Assembly: GCF_963853765.1 (NCBI RefSeq)
Contig: NC_088859.1
Location: forward strand, 45,942,001-46,006,000
DNA from: Magallana gigas
Lineage: Eukaryota
Direction: 5' to 3'
DNA length: 64,000 nucleotides
Part shown: positions 54,209-64,000 of the stretch, one piece after another
Layout of the letters: every line of letters starts with the position of its first letter
Numbering within the stretch: position 1 is the first letter of the stretch
Notes under the pieces: generated by a model
Seen by the model: only the letters and a program-made list of their open reading frames with translations
Database searches by the model: none
What the model was told of the DNA's origin: nothing
Position numbers and translations under genes: made by a program

Positions 54209-57030
54209 GTAAACACTAAACACTCTACAATATATAGCAATAGACAGGTATACACTAAACACTCTACAATATAAAGCAGAAGACAGGTATACACTAAACA
54301 CTCTACAATATATAGCCATAGACAGGTAAACACTAAACACTCTACAATATATAGCGATAGACAGGTAAACACTAAACACTCTACAATATATAGCGATAGA
54401 CAGGTAAACACTAAACACTCTACAATATATAGCGATAGACAGGTAAACACTAAACACTCTACAATATATAGCGATAGACAGGTAAACACTAAACACTCTA
54501 CAATATATAGCCATAGACAGGTAAACACTAAACACTCTACAATATATAGCGATAGACAGGTAAACACTAAACACTCTACAATATATAGCGATAGACAGGT
54601 AAACACTAAACACTCTACAATATATAGCGATAGACAGGTATACACTAAACACTCTACAATATATAGCCATAGACATTTAAACACTAAACACTCTACAATG
54701 TATAACAGTAGACAGGTAAACACTAAACACTTTACAATATATAGCGATAGAAAGGTATATACTAAACACTCTTCAATATATAGTGATAGACAGGTATACA
54801 CTAAACACTCTACAATATATAGCCATAGACATTTAAACACTAAACACTCTACAATGTATAACAGTAGACAGGTAAACACTAAACACTTTACAATATATAG
54901 CGATAGAAAGGTATATACTAAACACTCTTCAATATATAGTGATAGACAGGTATACAATAAACACTCTACAATATATAGCGATAGACAGGTAAACACTAAA
55001 CACTCTACAATATAAAGCAATAAACAGGTAAACAATAAACACTCTACAATATAAAGCCATAGACAGTTAAACACTAAACACTCTACAATATATAGCAGTA
55101 GACAGGTATACAATAAACAATCTATAATATATAACGATAGACGGGTAAACACTAAACACTCTACATAACACAGCGATAGACAGGTAAACACTAAACATTC
55201 TACAATATATAGCAGAAGACAGGTATACACTAAACCCTCTTCAATATATAACGATAGACAGGTATACACTAAACACTGTACATAACACAGCGATAGACAG
55301 GTATACACTAACCACTTTACAATATATAGCCATAGACATTTAAACACTCTACAATGTATAGCAGTAGACAGGTAAACACTAAACACTCTACAATATAAAG
55401 CAGAAGACAGGTATACACTAAACACTCTACAATATATAGCCATAGACATTTAAACACTCTACAATGTATAGCAGTAGACAGGTAAACACTAAACACTTTA
55501 CAATATATAGCCATAGACATTTAAACACTCTACAATGTATAGCAGTAGACAGGTAAACACTAAACACTTTACAATATATAGCCATAGACATTTAAACACT
55601 CTACAATGTATAGCAGTAGACAGGTATACACTAAACACTCTACAATATATAGCCATAGACATTTAAACACTCTACAATGTATAGCAGTAGACAGGTAAAC
55701 ACTAAACACTTTACAATATATAGCCATAGACATTTAAACACTCTACAATGTATAGCAGAAGACAGGTATACACTAACCACTTTACAATATATAGCCATAG
55801 ACATTTAAACACTCTACAATGTATAGCAGTAGACAGGTAAACACTAAACACTCTACAATATATAGCGGTAGACAGGTAAACACTAAACACTCTACAATAT
55901 ATAGCGATAGACAGGTAAACACTAAACACTCTACAATATATAGCAATAAACAGGTAAACAATAAACACTCTACAATATAAAGCCATAGACAGTTAAACAC
56001 TAAACACTCTTCAATATATAACGATAGACAGGTATACACTAAACACTGTACATAACACAGCGATAGACAGGTAAACACTAAACACTTTACAATATATAGC
56101 AGTAGACATTTAAACACTCTACAATGTATAGCAGTAGACAGGTAAACACTAAACACTCTACAATATATAGCGATAGACAGGTAAACACTAAACACTCTAC
56201 ATAACACAGCGATAGGCAGGTAAACACTAAACATTCTACAATATATAGCCAGACAGTTGAACACTCAACACTCTAAAATTTATAGCGGTAGACAAGTATA
56301 CAATAAACAATCTACAATATATAATGATAGACAGGTAAACACTAAACACTCTACATAACACAGCGATAGACAGTTTAACACTAAACACTCTACAATATAT
56401 AGCGGTAGACAGGTATACACTAAACAATCTACAATATATAGCGATAGACATGTATATACCAAACACTCTGCAATATATAGCGATAGACAGGTAAACACTA
56501 AACACTTTACAATATATAGCGGTAGACAGGTTAACACTAAACACTCTACAATATATAGCGAAAGACAGGTAAACACTCTACAATATAAAGCAATAAACAG
56601 GTAAACACTCTACATAACACAGCGATAGACAGGTAAACACTAAACATTCTACAATATATAGCGATAGACTGGTAAACACTAAACACTCTACAATATATAG
56701 CAATAGACAGTTTAACACTAAATAATCTACAATAAATAGCAATAGACAGTTTAACACTAAATAATCTACAATATATAGCCATAGACAGTTAAACACTAAA
56801 CACTCACACTATATAACGGTAGACAGGTATACACTAAACACTCTACATAACACAGCTATAGACAGGTAAACACAAAAATACTTTATAATATTTAGCGGTA
56901 TACACTTAACTCTTTACAATATACGGCGGAAGACAGGTAAACACTTAACACTTTTCAAAATATAGCGATAGACAAGTAAGCACTAAACACTCTACAATAT
57001 ATAGCGATAGACCGCTGAACACTAAGCAAT
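54195..57030 (+). repeat. 39/32-bp minisatellite (~75 units; degenerate tail to ~57230) beginning inside exon 2
   Basis: Consensus ATAGCGATAGACAG|GTAAACACTAAACACTCTACAATAT (39 bp); a 32-bp variant lacks one AAACACT. Confidence 0.95.
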
Positions 57031-58172
57031 AAAAGGAGTAGACACGTATACAACAAACACCAATTGATAGGCATACACTAAATCAGGAGCAGTATAAGGT
57101 ACACACTAAACACTGGACAACACATTGCTATAGACAGGTATATACTTAATATTTACCACACAATACATAGATGTAGACAGGAATCCACTTTACTATACAT
57201 AACAGTAGACATATATACATTTAATACAATATTTACATTTAATTTAGTAGAAGTGTATATACTCTACAATTGATAGCAACAGCCATGCATTCAATTTAAC
57301 TCTATAGAGCACATATCAGTGAACACTTTTCAAGTACAAGTCAGAAGATAATAAATGTATACAATGTACTTATTATTAATATACACAATATGATAATTGA
57401 CTAGTATGGACTGAACACGTTATGGTTAAAACAAGTCGACTTCAATATACTTGCACTTTATAGTAAACATAAGTAAACGAGTGTATACATATCCAATGTA
57501 CTACACATTATACGTGACAAGAGAAATTACAATTGTACACTTAACGTTTTATAGCTAATACAAGTAGGCAGGTACATGTACATATGTACACTTGACATTT
57601 TACTGTCCGTGTGTACATTTGATCATTTATCACACCAGAGAACAGAACAAAGCATTTTGTTCCAATGGATACAAGAATTTTCATACGATTTTGAGATAAT
57701 ATGAATGCTATTATAATTTTTATGCTGCTGTAGACGCCTGATACGTCCGCCTTCTTGTATATTAGAATTACATGTACGTTGACCATATGTACACATTAAC
57801 TTAATCGGCTATGTTATGGAACGATAACATTTTTTATCAATGTTTTTGCAGGATATGTAACAAATAACAGCCTATTTGTTGGTTTTTGCACTGATTATTT
57901 GAGATAATTTGCCGCCATTTTTTATGCATTCCACATACCACTCACAGTTTCTTTATTTGGTGTTCTGTGTGTATGGCGACAAATTGGTAAATTTGCACCA
58001 CTCACCCCTTGTAGCTTCATCCTGATTACATTTTATCTGGCTAAGTGTAATGTAGAAGTATATTAAATACACACATCTTTGTTTGCAGTGCTTATTTACA
58101 TCTTTAGAGATTTACTTACAAAAAAAGTAAACATTTGTATGACTTATATGTAATTATTGTCAATTTTGGTGC

Positions 58173-58205
58173 GGGGGGGTGGGGTGGGGTGGGGGGGGGG
58201 GGGGG
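58173..58205 (+). repeat. G-rich tract (G7-T-G4-T-G4-T-G15), G-quadruplex-capable
   Basis: Direct reading. Confidence 0.7.
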
Positions 58206-58678
58206 TAGGAAACTACAGAGAAACTAAACTTGGCTGTGAAACATATGCTTTTATTCTTTCTTGTTGATATATCAATGAATGAATTATAACAAAATACATG
58301 TACAACAATTAATTTTGAAATATTCATGCACAATCAAATTTTAAAAAAGTTTTACTGTTCTCTGCACAAGAAATCGGCAATGTGAACAAATTGGCACCCT
58401 TTCATCCCTACCTTTAATTGTAGAGAGTAGGTATCCTTCTATATTGAAAACAATTCCAAAAGTAAGACTCATAATAAATTGTTTGCTGAGGAAAAGGAAA
58501 AAAATTGTATTTATTAATAATTCCGTATGATGTGATAATATCTCAATGATTTGTTTATAATCATAGTACTAGTGTATCACTGTATGCATACATGAAAACG
58601 TTAGGTAATGTTTATATTTATTAGTGAAACAGGACAGATTATTAATATTTAGATTATTTAGATACATGTACTAATCTT

Positions 58679-58810
58679 CATGCGGGGATCTAGAAAGGAG
58701 GGGGTCAGAGGATCTGGACCCTCTCCTCGGGAAAATTGGAGCTTATTAAATTTACATAGTAAAATTTTTTAAAATTGGCCTAGGACTCCCTACAGAAAAA
58801 ATTAGCTACG
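58679..58810. mobile_element. Truncated MITE-like fragment (CATGCGGGGATCTAGAAAGGAGGGGGTC...)
   Basis: Resembles a CATGCGCGGATC-type terminal sequence; no partner TIR found. Confidence 0.3.
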
Positions 58811-59159
58811 CTTATGAAGTTCTCTACCATAACCGCATTTTTACGCAAAAGGGGTGAATAAACCCGGGTTTTAAACTATTACTGGTGGTGAAATACCTCA
58901 GGGTTCAAACGCATCAGGTGGAAATGCACCAGGGCAAACAAAATCACTTAGATCCGCGAAGCACACTGCATTATTACTAGTCTACTTAGATATTCTGTGT
59001 AAAAGTAAATACAAATAATTATTTAGTTAGGTAGGGAGAAGTGAACATAGCATTTATTTGTATATAAGAGCATGTACGTATGATTTTTATTTAGAACAGT
59101 TTGATGTCGCTAGGATACATATTTTCAGATCCTTGATTTGATTGGTTAATTTAGATATT

Positions 59160-59247
59160 GAATCTCGAATTTCGAATCTTGAATCTCGTATTTCGAATCT
59201 CGTATTTCGAATCTCGAATCTCGAATGATCCTTCTCGGCTTTCGTAG
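59160..59247. repeat. (CGAATCT/CGTATTT) heptamer array followed by GATCCTTCTCGGCTTTCGTA; probable transposon end
   Basis: About 9 imperfect 7-mers, ~120 bp upstream of the exon 3 acceptor. Confidence 0.55.
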
Positions 59248-59367
59248 ATTAGGCACTCGGACTCTCTCTTTTACGTTCATGCCAAGATCTTTACTATTTT
59301 AAAGACGATTTTAAAAATTTTCATAAATCATAAACATTTCTAATACTACAACTTAAATCTATTTCAG

Positions 59368-60055
59368 ATACTTTGCAATTTGTTCTCCGCTGAAGTATAA
59401 GTTAGACTCCGTACGACTGCGCAGGATCATCGTCTGCATCTGGATCACTTCCGGTGTCATCATTGTCCCGTGGGCCGTTTTCTACATACAACAAGATTAC
59501 AGCTACACCGATCATATCACGCTCAACATATGCTACGAAAAGTGGCCCAGCGAGATCGCCAAAAACGGATACTTTTTAGGTGTGATTTTTCTGTGTTGCT
59601 ATACAATTCCGTTGGTTCTTATATGCATTTGCTATATGGGGATATGTATCAAGGTCTGTAACAGGAAACAGCTTGGAACATGCAGTTCAGGAAATAATGT
59701 TATTCAAAGATCAAAGGTTAAAGTGGTGAAGATGCTTGCTGTTGTGGTTTTCCTATTTGCATTTTCTTGGCTACCTTTATACATAGTTAAAATGCTTATA
59801 GCATTCCACGATACTAATAATAATTTTCTGCATGACACAGTGATCCCTCTCGCACAATGGCTCGGATCGTCAAACTCTGGAGTAAATCCGATTATTTACT
59901 GCTCCTTTAGCCGGAAGTTTAGAAACAGCTTCCGAAAAATTCTGTGTCCGGGAATTCTGGGAACCAATGCAAATGGCCAAGTCAGGCGAAACAACACTCC
60001 AAAGGGGATGTATGCTGAAGCGACAGGGAACGAACGCTCGTACACGTTTGTGTAA
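59368..60055 (+). CDS. Receptor B exon 3 (R-YFAICSP ... QWLGSSNSGVNPIIY ... YTFV*)
   Basis: Acceptor ctatttcAG|A, phase 2; the frame is open from 59369 and extends the ORF-track fragment that starts at 59582; TM4-TM7 motifs present. Confidence 0.92.
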
Positions 60056-60401
60056 ATTAGAAAAAAAATATTTATCATTATTGAAGCAAATTTATACAAG
60101 TATTTCGTAAAATATTCAACTACCAAACAAGTCTTATATATTCAATCTTGTATACCGAGGTCATTTTTACTTTCAACATCCTTTTCACTAGTATATGAAT
60201 TACTTATGCAGTTCTAATAGACGGGCTTTGGTATTTGTTTATAAATATCTTTGAAGTAACGAAGATAAATGCTACAATTTATAAATTTTTTGATAAGATA
60301 ATTTTATTTCCAAATTTTGTGTGTTAAAGGATTGTTCCTGTAATTTAGAATGTCTGAAAAATGTGTAATGGTTTAATGCTCTGTATGATAAATGAAATAT
60401 C

Positions 60402-60407
60402 AATAAA
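60402..60407 (+). terminator. Candidate poly(A) signal of receptor B
   Basis: AATAAA about 350 nt after the stop codon. Confidence 0.35.
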
Positions 60408-60888
60408 GAAGATGGCGTTTTCAGACCATTATACATATGAATGGATGATGATGCGGGCTTCTTTCCTTTCTCTCCTTTTCTTTATTCTTTCCAATGAATG
60501 CTTGGAAAGCTGATCTAATCAGCGCCTTAAACCATGGCGATCTGTGGTCTTAAATGCAGCTTTTGTTGTTCGTGATCAAACATCGATAGGATGGCCGACT
60601 CTTGTTCATTGCATGAGAAAGGCTTTTTTCTCTTAAAACTGAATTTTGTTAGGCTTCATTCGCAATTTTTTGTGCAAGAGTCAAAGTTTCTAAATGAACA
60701 CCTATTTAGGATTGGAGCTTAAGTATAAATCACGAAGCAAAATTTCACATCATTTCCATATAATTATTTGATTCAAACAATCAAAGGCTCAAAGCGAAAG
60801 ATTATAATTTGACAATTCTAACACATTAACTTAATACAAAATGAAATTTAAATTCTTTCTATCCACAATTGCGATATAAGAATGTATG

Positions 60889-60890
<2 letters not shown>

Positions 60891-60957
<67 letters not shown>
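60891..60957. repeat. (AT)n microsatellite
   Basis: Direct reading. Confidence 0.95.
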
Positions 60958-60958
<1 letters not shown>

Positions 60959-62223
60959 CAAAAAGTGAAAAGCAAATTTGAAAATTATCTTAGTGTATCG
61001 AATTTCATTGACACTTAATTGAAATTTTAGAATTGGTATCAATCAATGTACTGATGAGATCGGACAGGTTAGAATTAAATTGTCGGTAAAAATTGTTTAC
61101 TTGTCTTTTCAAATTCCTGATAAAGAATGAACCAATAATCAAAGAGAGAGGAAAACAAAAAATTAACCCAAACACCAATGAAGTTACAAGACAAACTATA
61201 AGACTTTGACATAGATATTTATTTTAGTACCCAAACCTAACTCATATTAAAAATGAATCAATAACAAAGGGAAGGGAAAACAAAAAATAAACCCATACAT
61301 CAATGAAATTGCAAGACGAACGATAATATTTTGACATAAATATATATTTTTGAAAGCCTACAGACAATCCTGGACCTCTCATGAACACTTAGTTATTATT
61401 TAATCAATACATACATGTATGTACTTGAATGATCATAAAAATATCAAACATTTATAAGGTACATTACGTAAAATATACATAGACTGTCACAATCTCATGC
61501 TGGTGCAAGAATGGCATCCGCGCCATTCCATACTTAAATTGTTTCAAACTATTGTAAACTTACGGCAAACTACTTTAAAACTATCACTGATTTAATGATT
61601 TGTTATTGATTGTCTACGGAAATACGTCGAGTGATAAAGTTCATAGAAGGCGAGGCGAATGTATGTTCCTCCCATGCGTCAGTTATCTTGTGCTTCCCTT
61701 TAAGGTAGTCCATCCATAACTAAGGCGAATTTAACAATTTTGATTGATCTATACTACATCAAATACGTATTATAGAGCTATTATGAGGCTGACATAAACC
61801 AAACTCGGGTGTATGTATGTAGTCAATTAAATGAGCTATCACCTAAATTGCACATAAAACTTTTTTAAAGTGTTGTCTCACCTTTAGGAAAATCTTTAAA
61901 AATCACTTTCTGAAAATATGTATGGTAAACTATGAATAACTTTAGCATATTCGAAGAAAGGGAAAGCTTTTGCAACTGTTTACCAAGAGAAATGTGAGAA
62001 AATTGCTTGTACTAACGAAATACATTTATAAATGCATTTCTCCCATAGATTTCAATGTTAACTTCAGCATATGATAAATTTATTAAAATTAATATAAGTT
62101 TATATTTGAATTTCAAAGGTGAATCTTTATTATTTGATAAACTCCTTAAAATCACTATAAAATTTTAGTGATCAAACTTGCAATCTATTAGATATGAAAT
62201 ATGATAGTTATGGATAGACTACC

Positions 62224-62900
62224 TTAAATGCAGCCACATTGTTTAACCAACACGCTGTTATCGCCTTCCTCCAATTCTACACCTTTTTCATTACTGTAGT
62301 AATTATCTGTCTGTAGACTCTGGATATATTTCTCCCTGCTGAATGTGCAGCTCCACAGGCCTCTTGAAACAGTCTTTTTTTTCATTTCTAACATAATTTG
62401 ATTAAACACACTAAGTCAATGGGTAAATTGTAGCTCTCGTGTCAGAATCTCATTGAGTCTGAATAGGCTTACAGCATCCACATTGGATTTGCTAGGTTTG
62501 TAGGTAATGGTTAACTTATCCACCAGCAAAGCGGTAACCCAAGGTATTCAGTACCATCAAGCTTAGCAAAAACTAGAACGTAAATCAAATGGCTGTTATA
62601 GATATACATTGTATATCAAATACTTTTGTTCATTCAACTGATCCAGTACTTTCCCTCTTACTGCCCAATTAAGCACAAAGAACCTAAGCTAAAGAACTAA
62701 AGCTAACGTGTTGGGTAATTCTGCTCTGACTTTGGACAATTTTCTCTTATCATGGACAAACTGTCCTGGTTCTGATACAGCAATGCACCTCTGTGTAATG
62801 TAAATAGCTTTAAACTTCTGGGAAGTCAACGATTGGTGGAATCGTGTGCTTTTTGAGAATATGAAATAACATTTCTCTCTCCTTGTCCTTTTCACAGTCA
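62224..62900 (-). mobile_element. Decayed Ty3/gypsy pol fragment (RNase H-like region)
   Basis: Across frameshifts and stops: LRFFVLNWAVRGKVLDQL (~LEFLALKWAVTEKFHDYL), NSHLIYVLVFAKLDGT (~NNPLTYVLTSAKLDAT), ITYKPSKSNVDAVSLFR (~ITYKPGKSNVDADSLSR). Confidence 0.7.
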
Positions 62901-62980
62901 AAGAGGGAAGTCAACGATTGGTGGAATCGTGTGCTTTTTGAGAATATGAAATAACATTTCTCTCTTTTTGTCCTTTTCAC
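62820..62980. repeat. Near-perfect direct duplication of 76 bp (period 85)
   Basis: Copies at 62820-62895 and 62905-62980, with 2 mismatches. Confidence 0.9.
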
Positions 62981-63413
62981 GGTAGGAGATTGATATTACC
63001 TACTGGTATTTCTGTTTTTAAATCCAGTGGTCATATCTAATAATATGCGGTATCTCGGCGTGATTCGGAATAATTTTATTAGTTGAAGCCTACAAACCCT
63101 AAGAAAGATCTTGCCTATTTAGAATTTGAATAAGTAGGCAAGTGTTTGGTTTTGTCAATATCTTTTTTGTCGTCATGCTCCTTCGACACTATATGTCCGA
63201 AGTTTTTTACTCTATTCCTAAAAAATGAACACTTCTTTTGAGTTCATTGCAGTCCATATATATTTTAATTCTGTGAAATACGTGAATAAGTTTTTGCAAA
63301 TGCATGTCAAATAATAAGAAAATGAGTTCATTCAATTATATAATACAGATTCAAAAATATTAAACAAAGTGTACATCGCCAATATTTAACTGTGCTTGTG
63401 ATGCTGAAGCATT

Positions 63414-63541
63414 TAAGAAATGAAGATAATAATTTTTCTATTGATCGACGTATCAAAGAAAAAATTGACCGGAAAACGTTTTCCGGTCAATTTTTTCTTT
63501 GATACGTCGATCAATAGAAAAATTATTATCTTCATTTCTTA
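63414..63541. repeat. Perfect 128-bp palindrome with no spacer
   Basis: Checked base by base; 64-bp arms, centre between 63477 and 63478. Confidence 0.95.
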
Positions 63542-64000
63542 TCATTTAATAAAACATTTTCAAATAAAAAAATGTGAAGTGTCATTGATCAAAAATGTAA
63601 ATAATGTAAATGAAGCGGCGCGTATGAATACAAAACAAGAACAGCAACAATATTCAAAATGGATTCGCCTTCAGCTGATGCAGAGTTACTGGACTGAATT
63701 TAATGGATTAAACACAAATAGTGAGTTAAAATCTGAACGGGCTGAATTGAAAACGAAAGGAAAATACATGCGATAGCTTGTGATATCATTCACTGTGCAG
63801 AAAAACTCGTATTAAAACTAGTTTTCATGTGAGATCGCTGGAATATGCAACTGGACATAACCATCCAAGGAAAAGCGATCGTGGACGAAAATAGCTGATA
63901 TGTCGACAAAGAATAGTACGTATAAGTGACTTTTGTAAACTATGTGGTAACTAGATAGCCAGTGATGTACTTAAATGGTATATATCTGCCGCTTGGAATT

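Noticed and set aside
54098-56796. Long minus-strand ORFs (up to 418 aa; [13 protein letters not shown] and [13 protein letters not shown] repeats) and the plus-strand ORF at 54698
   Set aside because: They result from a 39-bp (13-codon) repeat lacking stops in those frames; they lie within a receptor intron and overlap exon 2 antisense.
54195-57030. CRISPR-like appearance of the regular array
   Set aside because: Contiguous tandem units with no unique spacers, no cas genes, and a eukaryotic intron context.
19507-60055. A third or fourth GPCR gene implied by four separate GPCR-like ORFs in the track
   Set aside because: The fragments join through two 100-nt exons into exactly two complete genes.
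1-64000. tRNA, rRNA or other structured RNA genes
   Set aside because: None recognised by eye; tRNAscan-SE and Infernal were not run.

Overview
Eukaryotic, AT-rich genomic DNA. It is most likely a bivalve mollusc, probably an oyster (Crassostrea/Magallana); this is inferred from the repeat families and is not proven. Four spliced genes can be reconstructed. (1) The first two coding exons of a minus-strand gene with a Pro/Ser/Asn-rich N-terminus, which runs off the left edge. (2) A 3-exon secreted selenoprotein glutathione peroxidase (7636-9639, +) with an in-frame TGA (Sec67) and a well-formed SECIS at about 9956-10010. (3, 4) Two paralogous SIFamide/NPFF-receptor-like GPCR genes arranged head-to-head: receptor A (29962->19507, -, 373 aa) and receptor B (48970->60055, +, 363 aa). 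They share an identical exon architecture (phase-1 intron, 100-nt exon 2, phase-2 intron). The most unusual feature is a ~2.8-kb 39/32-bp minisatellite in receptor B. It appears to be built from the end of exon 2 plus its 5' splice site, so about 50 AG|GT donor copies follow the real donor. Both receptors also carry the same transposon-containing block in intron 1. The rest of the window is non-autonomous DNA transposons/MITEs, Helentron-like elements with ~165-bp satellite units, a 1.9-kb foldback, a perfect 128-bp palindrome, a decayed Ty3/gypsy fragment, microsatellites and a 296-N gap. No rRNA, tRNA or CRISPR was recognised. All alignments and counts were done by eye.
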